Positions 1 to 11,588 of a stretch of DNA of 64,000 nucleotides are shown here, one piece after another (positions within the stretch are counted from its first letter, which is position 1; the number at the start of each line of letters is the position of its first letter). The notes below the pieces were generated by a model. It ran no database searches, was not told where the DNA came from, and worked only from the letters and a program-made list of their open reading frames with translations. Source of the stretch: an uncultured Phycisphaeraceae bacterium (GTDB lineage Bacteria > Planctomycetota > Phycisphaerae > Phycisphaerales > UBA1924); the NCBI GenBank assembly GCA_964403525.1, contig CAYOGE010000012.1, positions 15,808 through 79,807 on the forward strand. The letters run 5' to 3'. The position numbers were made by a program, and so were the translations under genes.

Positions 1-816
1 CCCACGGCGGTGCAGGCATACATGACCGACAATCGATCGATCCTGCCAATGCCGCGGGCCATCGAATATGGTCCGACCGGCAACATCCTCAACACCAACG
101 GCTGGCCGTGGGCTTTCGGTGGGGCGTACTGCAACGCCCGATTCTCGGGCACTGGTGTCGACACGGCTCCGTCGAACCGCAGCCTGAATCCGTACATCCT
201 CGGGGATGCGATCAAGACTATCGAGTACGGGGTGACGGCGGCGAGCCGAGGTTCCCAGCAGTTTGGAGTGTTCCAATCGCCCGGCGACAGAGCCACAGTC
301 TGGGATTTTTTCTTTAACGGGCACGTACAGCCGGCGACCTTCAGCGGTGTGCGCTCGGGTTACGATGACGTCGGCACCTCGTACCTGATGAACGACCTGT
401 ACTGGCAGTTCTGGATTCCTCCCGGCGCAAACCCGCAGTTGGACAGCACCTTTGTCGAGTCCGTCCGCCGGGCGAGCGTCGCCCTCAACAGCGGAAAGTG
501 CAACACCGCAAAGTTCGCTCTCTTCTACGATCAAATCGGCTGGGCGTTTATGCTCGGTTCGACCAACGCCCGCTATATGGGCGAGTTCGGCGACTGGAAT
601 CACACAGTGATGGGATTCCTTGACGGCCACGCCGCGGACACGGAACTCGAGCGCAAGATCGTCGCTGGCAACACCTCCTCTGGTCCAGGGAATTACCTTG
701 CCCGCGGTTGGGGCTATATGTACTCCGGGCGCACCACCGCCGGGCAGGACATCCCGGCAACCGAGTACACCATTGTGCCGCCAGTCCCTGCTAACTACTC
801 CGGCGGGCTTCAATAG
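1..816 (+). CDS. C-terminal part of a hypothetical secreted/pseudopilin-like protein (5' end probably outside the window)
   Basis: Open frame from the window edge to TAG at 814-816. Protein-like composition (aromatic/Gly/Asn-rich). The ...NHTVMGFLDGHAAD... tail loosely resembles the DG-containing C-termini of planctomycete DUF1559-type proteins. No N-terminus is visible, so function is uncertain. Confidence 0.5.
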   Translation, partial: PTAVQAYMTDNRSILPMPRAIEYGPTGNILNTNGWPWAFGGAYCNARFSGTGVDTAPSNRSLNPYILGDAIKTIEYGVTAASRGSQQFGVFQSPGDRATVWDFFFNGHVQPATFSGVRSGYDDVGTSYLMNDLYWQFWIPPGANPQLDSTFVESVRRASVALNSGKCNTAKFALFYDQIGWAFMLGSTNARYMGEFGDWNHTVMGFLDGHAADTELERKIVAGNTSSGPGNYLARGWGYMYSGRTTAGQDIPATEYTIVPPVPANYSGGLQ

Positions 817-1440
817 ACTCAGCGCCCAGACAGGCGCGGCCGCTTTCGATCTAGGCTCGTAGACCACATTGGAAGCTCAGTTGGCCGATCCTGAGAGCAA
901 AGACCAGCGGCTTAGAGCCTGTAGCGGCTCTGTGTCACTTTCTTTCTGAGACACGCTCAAGAGGGTCGCTGTTCTCTGCGCGGGCGTGGGTCCGTCACTT
1001 GCGAGATCGCGTTGTGCGAACTTATGGACGAACGGTCGTCGAAATACTACGTGCCGATTCACCCGTTTCTCGGCGAGCTCACAGGGGTAGCAAAGTTTTC
1101 TTGGACCAATCCTGACGATAAAACGACCAAACGAGTTCTCGATTCATGATGTTCTCTGAGTATGGTACTGAAGGCTCGTACTCGCTCGCTCCGTCTGGCT
1201 AGGGCTCTGTCAACGCCATTGATTGCGACGTCGACCTCGACGACTGCAGCGCATTTTCCATCCACTTCAATGTTGACGCGCTATTTCCCGCCGACTTTGG
1301 CAAGGCGCGTGGGGTCGTCGGTCCGGGTGATCAGGTCGACAGCAACGAATTCATTGGTTTCATTGATCACTGCTGCAGTGGTGACGCCGATGCGGATATC
1401 GAGCAGGCCTGTGGCATTGCGGATTCTGATGTCTCCTATT
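817..1440. other. Compositionally atypical (about 45-55% GC) stretch holding only short overlapping minus-strand ORFs (877-1062, 1059-1265, about 1281-1440)
   Basis: A hand count of a sampled 60-nt line (1081-1140) gives about 45% GC, against about 68% in the flanks. ORFs 1059-1265 and 877-1062 overlap by GTGA. I recognise no family. Confidence 0.4.
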
Positions 1441-1663
1441 GAACAACAACTGGTTGGAGCTCGTTGGCTCGTGTTTGGGCCGCACAGTTGAGTGGATTCA
1501 CCTCCGAGGCTCCCTGGACAGTCGACCGTCCCGAACCGCCGGTCCGGGGCAATTCCACATGTGCAAATTGCAGTCCCCGCGCCCCGGCCACCGATCACAC
1601 TCGGTGATCTCGGCGACGCGGCGATGCGCCGGGCGAGCCTCTCCTCTCACCGGAGCGCAGCCG

Positions 1664-3217
1664 ATGCAGCAACCAGGAACGGCCAGCGAGGTTCACGACT
1701 CCTCCATGCCGCCCGATGTCAGCGACAGCCCCCTCTACAACCATGACCTCGCCCCGGTCCCCCCGCATCGACGCAACTGGACGACCTACAGCTACGCCGC
1801 GCTGTGGATCAGCATGGCCCACTGCATCCCGACCTACATGTTCGCCGGCGGGCTGATCGCCGTGGGCATGAACTGGTGGCAGGCGCTGCTGACGATCGCG
1901 ATCGGCAACACGATCGTGCTGGTGCCGATCCTGCTCAACGCACACGCGGGCACCAAGTACGGCATCCCCTTCCCGGTGCTGGCGCGGGCCTCGTTCGGCA
2001 CACAAGGAGCAAACGTGCCCGCGATTCTCCGGGCCGTCGTCGCGTGCGGGTGGTTCGGCATTCAGACCTACATCGGTGGCGAAGCTGTCAAGACCTTCCT
2101 GATCGCGGCGTGCCCGGGCTTCGCGAGCCTCGGGGGCGACTTCGCCATCATGGGGCTCTCGCTCCCATCGTTGATCACGTTCATGCTCTTCTGGTCGGTC
2201 AACGTGGCGATCGTGCTCTGGGGCATGAACTCCGTGCGGGTGTTTGAGAACTGGGCCGCGCCGCTGGTGCTGGTCATGGCCCTGGTCCTGCTGGTGTGGA
2301 TCGTCTGGCGGGCGGGCGGGGCAGGAACGCTGCTGACCAGCCCCTCCAGGTTCGGCACCCTCGGCGCGTTCTGGCCGGTCTTCGTGCCGGCGCTGACGGG
2401 CACCGTCGGATTCTGGGCCACACTGTCCCTCAACATCCCCGACTTCACCCGCTACGGCAAGGGCCAGCGCGAGCAGGCCCTGGGTCAGACACTCGGCCTG
2501 CCGACAACCATGCTCGTTTTCTCCGCGATGGCCGTCGTGATCACCGGCGCGGCCCAGAAACTGCTCAGTGGAGCCGACGCCAAGACGCTCTGGGACCCGG
2601 TCGTCGTGCTCTCGCACATCACCTCGTCATCACCGCCGCCGGGCATGCAGGAGCCGCTGATCGGGTCCGCCGGGCTTCGGATCGCCGTCGCGCTGCTGGC
2701 GCTGGTGGGTGTGGGCGTCGCCACGCTGGCAACGAACATCGCCGCCAACGTCGTGAGCCCCGCCAACGACTTCGCCAATATGGCCCCGCGCCTGATCTCG
2801 TTCAAGACCGGCGCGGTGATAACCGGGGTGCTCGGCATCGTGATGATGCCGTGGAAGCTGCTGGCGAACCCCAGCGCCTACATCTTCGAGTGGCTGATCG
2901 GCTACTCCGCTCTTCTGGGGCCGATCGCCGGAATCATGATCGCTGACTACTGGATCGTGCGCCGGCGCGAACTGGATGTGCCCGACCTGTATCGCACCAA
3001 CGGGCGCTATGCCGGCGTGAACCCCGTCGCGATCGCGGCGCTGCTGGTCGGGGTTGCGCCGAACGTTCCCGGCTTCCTCAAGCAGGTGCACGTCTGGGAG
3101 AATGCGCCCGCGGCCTTCAGCGCGATCTACACCTACGCGTGGTTCACCGGCGTGCTCCTCGCCGGCGGCGTCTACCTGCTCGGCATGAAGCTGCGCAGGC
3201 CGGCTCAGCCCTCGTAG
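1664..3217 (+). CDS. NCS1-family nucleobase/hydantoin:cation symporter (pyrimidine/dihydropyrimidine or allantoin-type permease)
   Basis: ATG at 1664 is M76 of ORF 1439-3217. The N-terminal N-x-DLAPVP-x4-R-x-W motif (LYNHDLAPVPPHRRNWTTYSY) is typical of NCS1 permeases. About 12 hydrophobic segments. The upstream part of the ORF is Arg/Ser-rich junk. Confidence 0.85.
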   Translation: MQQPGTASEVHDSSMPPDVSDSPLYNHDLAPVPPHRRNWTTYSYAALWISMAHCIPTYMFAGGLIAVGMNWWQALLTIAIGNTIVLVPILLNAHAGTKYGIPFPVLARASFGTQGANVPAILRAVVACGWFGIQTYIGGEAVKTFLIAACPGFASLGGDFAIMGLSLPSLITFMLFWSVNVAIVLWGMNSVRVFENWAAPLVLVMALVLLVWIVWRAGGAGTLLTSPSRFGTLGAFWPVFVPALTGTVGFWATLSLNIPDFTRYGKGQREQALGQTLGLPTTMLVFSAMAVVITGAAQKLLSGADAKTLWDPVVVLSHITSSSPPPGMQEPLIGSAGLRIAVALLALVGVGVATLATNIAANVVSPANDFANMAPRLISFKTGAVITGVLGIVMMPWKLLANPSAYIFEWLIGYSALLGPIAGIMIADYWIVRRRELDVPDLYRTNGRYAGVNPVAIAALLVGVAPNVPGFLKQVHVWENAPAAFSAIYTYAWFTGVLLAGGVYLLGMKLRRPAQPS

Positions 3218-4524
3218 ACCTCGTCGACCAGGCCAAGCCCGCCGTCGATCACGCCGAACGCCTCGGCCATCTCCGCCTCGTTGATGCACAGCGGGGGGTT
3301 GCACATGATGCCGCTCCCCTGCGTCAGCGTGAAGAGCCCGTTCTCGCGGAAGAACCTGCCGACCTTGGGCATCACCGGGTGGGCGCCGTTGTACGGCACC
3401 AGCAGGTCGTTCTTCGCGTTCTTGCGCAGCTCGATCAGGCCGAAGAGGCCGATGTTGCGGTGCGTGCGCACGCACCGGTGCTTCGCGGCCAGGCGCTCCA
3501 TGTGCCCGCGCATCACCTCGCCCATCCGCACCGAGTTCTCGACCATCTTCTCGTCGATGAGCACTTCGATCGCTGCCTCGGCGGCGGCAAGGCACATCGG
3601 GTGGGCGTTGTACGTCAGCCCGCCCCAGAACACGTTCTCGCGGAAGTGGTTGGCGATGCGGTCGCTCACGGCCATCACGCCCAGAGGCATGTACGAACTG
3701 GTGAGCCCCTTGGCCATGGTCACAATGTCGGGCACGATCCCCCCGTGCTCGAAGGCGAAGAGCTTGCCGGTCCGGCCCCAGCCGCACATCACCTCGTCGC
3801 AGATGAGCAGGATGCCGTGCCTGTCGAGCAGCGCCTTGAGCCCCTGCAGATACCCCTCAGGCGGCGGCAGGATGCCGTTTGTCCCCGTCACCGTCTCGAT
3901 GATCATCGCGGCGATGTTCTTCGGCCCCTCGTACTGGATGACCTCTTCAAGGTACTGCAGGTTGTTGGCGACGATCTCGGCGTCGTTGCCGCCGAAGGAG
4001 TAGCTGTACGGCCGCGGGTCCATCACGCGCACCACGCCGTTCATGCCCGGCTCGTTGGGCCAGCGGCGCGGGTCGCCGGTGAGCGAGATCGCCCCGTGCG
4101 TGGCGCCGTGGTAGCTGCGGTAACGGGCGATGATCTTGTGCCGGCCGGTGAAGAGCCGTGCCGCCTTGATCGCGTTCTCGTTCGCCTCCGCGCCGCCGAG
4201 GGTGTAGAAGAACGTGTTGAGGTCACCGGGGACGAGCTCCGCCAGCCGCTTGGAGAGCCGCGCCCGCACCTCGGTCGCCATGCCGGGGTATGCGTAGAGC
4301 AGGGTCGCGGCCTGATCCTGGATCGCCTTGATGACCCGCGGGTGCCCGTGCCCGATGTTCACGCTCATGAGCTGGCTGTTGAAGTCGAGCCAGCGCTTCC
4401 CCTCGGGCGAGTAGAGATACACACCCTCCGCCCGCGCGATCGGCAGCGGGTCAACCTTCCCGGTCGCCGACCACGAAAAGAGCGAGTGCTTCAGGCAAAG
4501 GTCAACCATCTCCTGCGAGTTCAT
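3205..4524 (-). CDS. Class III PLP aminotransferase (omega-amino acid / beta-alanine:pyruvate transaminase type)
   Basis: DEVMCGWGRTGK and TMAKGLTSSYMPLG (PLP Lys) motifs. ATG at 4524 is preceded by GGAG. Sits in the pyrimidine/beta-alanine catabolic operon. Its 3' end overlaps the permease 3' end by 13 nt, convergently. Confidence 0.85.
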   Translation of the reverse strand: MNSQEMVDLCLKHSLFSWSATGKVDPLPIARAEGVYLYSPEGKRWLDFNSQLMSVNIGHGHPRVIKAIQDQAATLLYAYPGMATEVRARLSKRLAELVPGDLNTFFYTLGGAEANENAIKAARLFTGRHKIIARYRSYHGATHGAISLTGDPRRWPNEPGMNGVVRVMDPRPYSYSFGGNDAEIVANNLQYLEEVIQYEGPKNIAAMIIETVTGTNGILPPPEGYLQGLKALLDRHGILLICDEVMCGWGRTGKLFAFEHGGIVPDIVTMAKGLTSSYMPLGVMAVSDRIANHFRENVFWGGLTYNAHPMCLAAAEAAIEVLIDEKMVENSVRMGEVMRGHMERLAAKHRCVRTHRNIGLFGLIELRKNAKNDLLVPYNGAHPVMPKVGRFFRENGLFTLTQGSGIMCNPPLCINEAEMAEAFGVIDGGLGLVDEVYEG

Positions 4525-4695
4525 GCAAGGCTCCACGTTACTCAAGAATCAAAGGGTGCCACAGACTCCTCCGGCTCGGGGGAGGAGTCTGTGCTTCGGG
4601 GGCGAGGGGGGGCATCGGGCAACAGCTACCGCACAGACTCCCCGTCACAGCCCAGGGAGTCTGTGGCACCCAGGCAGTGGTGCCGTCTTGTCCGT

Positions 4696-6186
4696 TCAAC
4701 TCATCCACGTCGCGTCCTTCTGCACGGCCCACTTGCTGGTCACTTTCCGCTGGCGCGTCCAGAAGCGGTAGCCGTCCCAGCCGGTGATGTTGCCGTGCCC
4801 AAAGAGCGAATCGTTCCACCCGCCGAACCCGAACGGCTCGCGCGGCACCGGAACGCCGACGTTCACGCCGCACATGCCCGCATCGACACGTGCGATCACC
4901 CGCCGCGCAACATCGCCGCTTGTGGTATAGACGCACGACGCGTTGCCGTACGGGCTTGCGTTCTCGATCTCGATCGCCTGCTCCAGCGTGCCGACGCGCA
5001 CGACCGAGAGCACCGGTCCGAAGATCTCCTCTGTCGCGGCCGGCATGTCCATCGTCACGCCGTCAAGAATCGTCGGGCCGACCCAGTACCCGCCCTTGAC
5101 GCCCTCGGCTGTGCGCCCGTCGAGCACAACCTTGGCGCCCTGCTTCTCGGCCTGGTTGATGTACCCGCGGATCCGCTCGAGGCTGGCGGCGCTGGTGATC
5201 GGTCCCAGGTCCTTGCCCGCCACGATCTTGGCCGCTTTCTCCCGCACGCTCTTGAGGATGTGGTCCACCTCGCCGACAGCGATCAGCACCGACGCGGCCA
5301 TGCAGCGCTGGCCGGCGCACCCGACAAACGACGCCACCACGTTCTCCGCCGTCAGTTCCGGGTCGGCGTCTGGAACAACCAGCAGGTGGTTCTTCGCCCC
5401 GCCCAGGCACAGTGCCCGCTTTCCCTGCATCGACGCCCGGCCGTAGACCGCTTTGGCCACACGTGTGGAACCGACAAACCCGAACGCCTTCACGCCCGGG
5501 TGATCGCACAACGCCTCGACGACCTCACGTCCACCCTGCACGAGGCTGAACACACCCTTTGGCAACCCGGCATCGCTCAGCAGCTGCGCCAGCCGCAGCG
5601 ACGACAGCGGCACCTGCTCGCTCGGCTTGAGGATGAACGCGTTGCCCCCCATCAGCGCCTGCGGCAGCATCCACAGCGGAACCATCAGCGGGAAGTTGAA
5701 CGGCGTGACGCCCGCGACCACCCCCAGCGGTTCGTACACCACCTCGCACGACACGCCCCGGCTCACCTCAAGCTGATTCCCCGCCGCAAGGTTGGGGAGC
5801 GAGCAGCCGTACTCCACGCACTCAATCCCCTTCTCGACCTCCGCCTTCGCCTCGCCGTAGACCTTGCCGTTCTCGTGGCAAACGAGCCACGCCAGTTCAT
5901 CGATGTTCGCCAGCATCAGCTCGCGCAGCTTGTACAGCACCTGCGCCCGCTCCCTCATGGGCCAGCCGCGCCAGTCCGAAACAGCCTTCGCCGCCGCCTT
6001 CACCGCGGCATCGACATCTTCAGCGCCGCTCATCGCCACGGTACTCATCGCCTTCCCGTGCCGCGGGTTGATCACGTCCATGCGATGGGTCGAAGTCAAC
6101 GGATCGCGCCACTCGCCGCCGATGTAATTGCGGGCAGGCGCGAACGGGGTCAGGTCGTAGCTCTTGGCTGAGAATGGGGGGATCAT
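4696..6186 (-). CDS. mmsA: CoA-acylating methylmalonate/malonate-semialdehyde dehydrogenase
   Basis: Aldehyde dehydrogenase fold with catalytic Cys in GCAGQRCMA. The MmsA-typical C-terminus REPFGFGGWNDSLFGHGNITG is present. 496 aa, ATG start. Confidence 0.9.
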   Translation of the reverse strand: MIPPFSAKSYDLTPFAPARNYIGGEWRDPLTSTHRMDVINPRHGKAMSTVAMSGAEDVDAAVKAAAKAVSDWRGWPMRERAQVLYKLRELMLANIDELAWLVCHENGKVYGEAKAEVEKGIECVEYGCSLPNLAAGNQLEVSRGVSCEVVYEPLGVVAGVTPFNFPLMVPLWMLPQALMGGNAFILKPSEQVPLSSLRLAQLLSDAGLPKGVFSLVQGGREVVEALCDHPGVKAFGFVGSTRVAKAVYGRASMQGKRALCLGGAKNHLLVVPDADPELTAENVVASFVGCAGQRCMAASVLIAVGEVDHILKSVREKAAKIVAGKDLGPITSAASLERIRGYINQAEKQGAKVVLDGRTAEGVKGGYWVGPTILDGVTMDMPAATEEIFGPVLSVVRVGTLEQAIEIENASPYGNASCVYTTSGDVARRVIARVDAGMCGVNVGVPVPREPFGFGGWNDSLFGHGNITGWDGYRFWTRQRKVTSKWAVQKDATWMS

Positions 6187-6210
6187 GATGGGCTCATCGG
6201 ACGGGGGTGG

Positions 6211-7695
<1,485 letters not shown>

Positions 7696-8565
7696 TCAAT
7701 GCTTCACGATCTCGTCGTACGCCTCGGGCCTGCGGTCCCGGTAGAACTGCCACGTCGAGCGCGCGGCCTCGATCTGTGCAAAGTCCAGGTCGTGCACCAG
7801 CAACTCGTCCTTGTCCTCGCTCGCCTGCGCGAGGATCTCCCCGCGCGGGTTGACGAAGTAGCTGGTTCCGTAGAACTTGCCGATGTTCCACGGCGCCTCG
7901 GTGCCGACGCGGTTGATGCACCCCATGAAGTAGCCGTTGGCCACCGCGTGAGCAGGCTGTTCGATCTTCCACAGGTGCTGGCTGAGCCCGGCGGTCGTGG
8001 CCGACGGGTTAAAGACGACCTCCGCGCCGTTGAGCCCCAGGCAGCGGGCCCCCTCCGGGAAGTGACGGTCGTAGCAGATGTACACGCCCACCTTCGCGTA
8101 CCGTGTCTTGAACACCGGGTAACCGCCGTTGCCCGGCTTGAAGAAGAACTTCTCGAAGAACCCGGGGTTCACGTGCGGGATGTGCTGCTTGCGGTACTTG
8201 CCCAGGTAGGTGCCGTCGGCGTCGATCACCGCGGCGGTGTTGTAGAGCACCCCGCTCATCTCACGCTCGTAGATCGGCACCACGATCACCATCGAGTGTT
8301 TCCTGGCATACCCGGCCATCAACTCGCACGTCGGCCCGGGCACCTCCTCGGCCGCCTCGTACCAGCGCGTGTCCTGGCTGGGGCAGAAGTACGGACCGTT
8401 AAAGATCTCCTGCAGGCAGAGGATCTGCACGCCCTTCTTGCCCGCTTCGTCGATCAGGGGCAGGTGCTTATCCACCATCGCCTTCTGAACCTGCGCGATC
8501 GGCGTGGTGTTGTCGTTGATCGGGTTGCTGCATTGGATCAGCCCGCAGCGGACGACTTTGCTCAT
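7696..8565 (-). CDS. Beta-ureidopropionase / N-carbamoyl-beta-alanine amidohydrolase (nitrilase superfamily)
   Basis: Nitrilase-type Glu-Lys-Cys triad context (LCLQEIF, YRKQHIP, VYICYDRHFPE). Lies 12 nt downstream of the dihydropyrimidinase. Confidence 0.8.
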   Translation of the reverse strand: MSKVVRCGLIQCSNPINDNTTPIAQVQKAMVDKHLPLIDEAGKKGVQILCLQEIFNGPYFCPSQDTRWYEAAEEVPGPTCELMAGYARKHSMVIVVPIYEREMSGVLYNTAAVIDADGTYLGKYRKQHIPHVNPGFFEKFFFKPGNGGYPVFKTRYAKVGVYICYDRHFPEGARCLGLNGAEVVFNPSATTAGLSQHLWKIEQPAHAVANGYFMGCINRVGTEAPWNIGKFYGTSYFVNPRGEILAQASEDKDELLVHDLDFAQIEAARSTWQFYRDRRPEAYDEIVKH

Positions 8566-8643
8566 GGTGATCTCCGCGTGGAGCTGGTTTTCAACCTGCT
8601 CCGAATCAGACCCGGCAGGTTGGCAACCTGCCCCACGTAAACG

Positions 8644-9915
8644 TTAGTGCGCGCCCTTCTTCGGGCGGAGCGGTTTCTTCTGCTCGACCGCCTCGTTCCA
8701 CGAAGTGGGGGGGAAGCCGTTATCGACCTGCACCATCGAGATGCAGTCAGGGACCGGGCACACGATCTGGCAGAGGTTGCACCCCACGCACTCCGACTCG
8801 TCAACCACCGGCACGCGCGTCTGCTTGCCGCTGGGGTGGATGCACTGGTGGGCGCCGTCGTGGCACGCGGCGACGCACAACTGGCACCCGATGCACTTGT
8901 CGGCGTCGATCTTCGCGACCGTCTCGTAGTTGAGGTCCAGGTCACCCCACTCGCTGAACCCGGGGATCGCCTTGCCGACCATCTGCTCGACCTTCGTGAA
9001 CCCGTGCGTCCGCATGTACTCGGCCAGCCCGTCGTTCATGTCTTCAACCACCCGGTACCCGCGCAGCATCACCTCGGTGCACACTTGCACGCTCGACGAG
9101 CCGAGCAGGATGAACTCCACCGCGTCGCGCCAGTTGCTGATGCCTCCGATCCCGCTGATGGGCAGGCCGAACGCCTTCTCGCGGGCGAGCGCCGCGACCA
9201 TGTGCAGCGCGATCGGCTTCACCGCGGCGCCGCAGTACCCGCCGTTGGTGCTCGCGGTCGCCACCCTCGGCTCGGGCACGAACCGGTCGATGTCCACGCC
9301 GATGATGCTCTTGATCGTGTTGATGAGCGAAACGCCGTGCGCGCCGCCGCGCTTGGCCGCCAGCCCGTGGGGCACGATGTTCGATACGTTCGGCGTGAGC
9401 TTCACCAGCACCGGGATGGTCGAGTAGCCCACCGCCCAGGAGGTGATCTCCTGGTTCACGCTCGGCTCCTGCCCGACCGCCGAGCCCATCCCCCGCTCGC
9501 ACATGCCGTGCGGGCAGCCGAAGTTCAACTCGATGCCGTCCGCGCCGGTGTCGATGGTGCGCTTGATGATGTCGCGCCACTCGTCACGCGTCTCGACCAT
9601 CAGCGACACGACCACCGCGTGCCTGGGGAAGAGCCGCTTCGTCTCGGCGATCTCCTTGAAGTTCACCTCGAGCGAGCGGTCGGTGATCAGCTCGATGTTG
9701 TTGAAGCCGGCCCCGCGCACGCCACGGATGTTGATCGCCCCGAACCGGCTCGACACGTTCTGGATCGGCACCCCCAGCGTCTTCCAGACCGCCCCGCCCC
9801 AGCCGACGCCGAAGGCCCGCTGGATCTGCAAACCCGAGTTTGCCGGCGGCGCCGAGGCTAGCCAGAACGGGTTGGGTGCCTTGATGCCGCCGCAGTTTAC
9901 GCTCAGATCAACCAT
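8644..9915 (-). CDS. preA: NAD-dependent dihydropyrimidine dehydrogenase subunit PreA (DHODH-like TIM barrel plus 2x[4Fe-4S])
   Basis: DHODH-like core (IELNFGCPHGM). C-terminal ferredoxin motifs CIGCQLCVAACHDG and CVGCNLCQIVCPV. Overlaps preT by 8 nt. Confidence 0.85.
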   Translation of the reverse strand: MVDLSVNCGGIKAPNPFWLASAPPANSGLQIQRAFGVGWGGAVWKTLGVPIQNVSSRFGAINIRGVRGAGFNNIELITDRSLEVNFKEIAETKRLFPRHAVVVSLMVETRDEWRDIIKRTIDTGADGIELNFGCPHGMCERGMGSAVGQEPSVNQEITSWAVGYSTIPVLVKLTPNVSNIVPHGLAAKRGGAHGVSLINTIKSIIGVDIDRFVPEPRVATASTNGGYCGAAVKPIALHMVAALAREKAFGLPISGIGGISNWRDAVEFILLGSSSVQVCTEVMLRGYRVVEDMNDGLAEYMRTHGFTKVEQMVGKAIPGFSEWGDLDLNYETVAKIDADKCIGCQLCVAACHDGAHQCIHPSGKQTRVPVVDESECVGCNLCQIVCPVPDCISMVQVDNGFPPTSWNEAVEQKKPLRPKKGAH

Positions 9916-11233
9916 TGATTGCTCCCCCTTGGCCGCCGCTCAGGGCCGCATGGATCGCGCGGGCTGCCGCTTTCCCCTCCGCCGCCGCGTTGACAACTTC
10001 CTTGCCTCCGTTGGCGCAATCACCCGCCGCGTACCACTTGGGTCGCCCCGTGAAGCCGTTCGCGTCGGTCACGATCCGTCCGCGCTCCACACGCACACCC
10101 GCCAGCTTCGCAAACGAGTCGCCCAGTTTCGATTGGCCGATCGCCACCAGCACCAGTTCTGCGTCAAGCGTGAAGTCCGAGCCGGCGATCGGCCTCTTCG
10201 AAGCGTCAAGACGCGTGCACCGGACCCGCTGAACCTCCTTCGCCCCTTCAAACGCCACCGGCAACGCCCGCCACTCACCGCGCACGCCCTCGGCCTTGGC
10301 CGCGTGCCACTCGTGCTCGTACCCCGACATCCCGCCCTCGTCGCCGCGGTAGAGCATCACCACGTCCGCGATGCCAAGCCCCTTCGCCTCGCGCGCGGCG
10401 TCGATCGCCGTGTTCCCACCGCCGACAACCACACACGTCCGTACCCCGTCAAGCGGCACGCGCGCCAGCTTCATCCGTTCGATCCAATCGACCGCGCCCA
10501 GCACGCCCGGCAAGTCCTCACCTGTAACACCGAGCCGCGAGTCGGCCCCAAGCCCGGCGCCGATCAGCACCGCGTCGTGCGATGCCTCCAGCGACTCAAG
10601 CGAGACCTGTTCACCCACGGCCGTGTTGAGCCGCACGTCGATGCCCCCGATCCCCAGCACCCACTCAACTTCCTTGGCCGCTTGCTCCGCCCGCATCTTG
10701 TACGGCGCGACACCCGTCGCGTTCAGACCTCCCAGCGACGACCGCTTTTCGTAAATCGTGCACCGGTGCCCAAGCCTTCGAAGCTCGTGCGCCGCCGCGA
10801 GGCTGGCCGGCCCGCCGCCGATCAGTCCGACCGATCTGCCCGTGTCGGGCCCCGCCTCAAAGAACCGCCACCCCTCGTCAAGCGCGCGGTCGGTCGCGTA
10901 ACGCTGCAGCTTTCCGATCTGGATCGGCGGCGCATCGAGGTGGTTGTAGACGCAGGCCCCAACGCACAGCACCTCCACGGGGCAGACCCGCGCGCAGCTC
11001 ATGCCCAGGATGTTCGACTCAAAGATCGTTCTGGCCGACGCCTTGTCGTTGCCCGTGCTGATCTTGCGGATGAACTGCGGGATGTCGATGGCGGTGGGGC
11101 AGGCCTTAATGCACGGCGCATCGGCACAGAACAGGCAGCGGGTCGCCTCGACAACGGCCTGATCGTGCGCCAGCGGCAGCTTGTAGTCGCCAAAGGTGGA
11201 TTCAGATCGGTCTGCGGACAATCGGTCGGGCAT
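9908..11233 (-). CDS. preT: Dihydropyrimidine dehydrogenase subunit PreT (glutamate synthase small-subunit-like)
   Basis: N-terminal Fe-S motif CLFCADAPCIKACPT. Dinucleotide-binding GLIGGGPASLAAA and VVVGGGNTAIDAA. ATG at 11233 (M9 of the tracked ORF) is preceded by GGAG. Confidence 0.85.
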   Translation of the reverse strand: MPDRLSADRSESTFGDYKLPLAHDQAVVEATRCLFCADAPCIKACPTAIDIPQFIRKISTGNDKASARTIFESNILGMSCARVCPVEVLCVGACVYNHLDAPPIQIGKLQRYATDRALDEGWRFFEAGPDTGRSVGLIGGGPASLAAAHELRRLGHRCTIYEKRSSLGGLNATGVAPYKMRAEQAAKEVEWVLGIGGIDVRLNTAVGEQVSLESLEASHDAVLIGAGLGADSRLGVTGEDLPGVLGAVDWIERMKLARVPLDGVRTCVVVGGGNTAIDAAREAKGLGIADVVMLYRGDEGGMSGYEHEWHAAKAEGVRGEWRALPVAFEGAKEVQRVRCTRLDASKRPIAGSDFTLDAELVLVAIGQSKLGDSFAKLAGVRVERGRIVTDANGFTGRPKWYAAGDCANGGKEVVNAAAEGKAAARAIHAALSGGQGGAING

Positions 11234-11345
11234 GTGAGCTCCGCTGGTGCGCCGCACGCTTGCCGGCGCAGCAACCGGCAGTCTAACAGAAATCAGGCTC
11301 CGAGGGCGGTCGCCCGGCCCCCGATCGGATGTTCTAAAACGAACA

Positions 11346-11370
11346 GCCCCGGGCCGATGTGGCCCGGGGC
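11346..11370 (-). terminator. Intrinsic terminator downstream of tRNA-Phe
   Basis: GCCCCGGGCC / GGCCCGGGGC 10-bp perfect stem with a 5-nt loop. On the minus strand it is followed by TGTTCGTTTTAG. Confidence 0.6.
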
Positions 11371-11382
11371 GTTACGCGTGAA

Positions 11383-11455
11383 TGGGCAGGCCCGGACTTG
11401 AACCGGGGACCCTCGCATTTTCAATGCGATGCTCTACCAACTGAGCTACCTACCC
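11383..11455 (-). tRNA. tRNA-Phe (anticodon GAA)
   Basis: The reverse complement folds as a cloverleaf. Acceptor GGGTAGG/CCTGCCC (one G-U pair), D-arm GCTCAGTTGGTAGAGC, anticodon stem-loop TCGCA-TTGAAAA-TGCGA, T-arm CCCGG-TTCAAGT-CCGGG, discriminator A. CCA is not encoded. Confidence 0.93.
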
Positions 11456-11588
11456 GTCAGGGGCAACGGTACGCGGAGGCCCTCGCGGGATCAAGGCAGT
11501 CAACGACCGAGAAGCACGGTCGGTTCCGCCGCCGGCGCAGAAACCAGTCGCGGAACAGGCGGTCCGCATCCAGACTACCCTTTGGATC

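Noticed and set aside
3139-6171. 1010-aa plus-strand ORF spanning the aminotransferase and mmsA region
   Set aside because: It is antisense to two well-supported genes. The translation is Arg/His/Pro/Ala-rich with no motifs. This is a typical high-GC shadow ORF.
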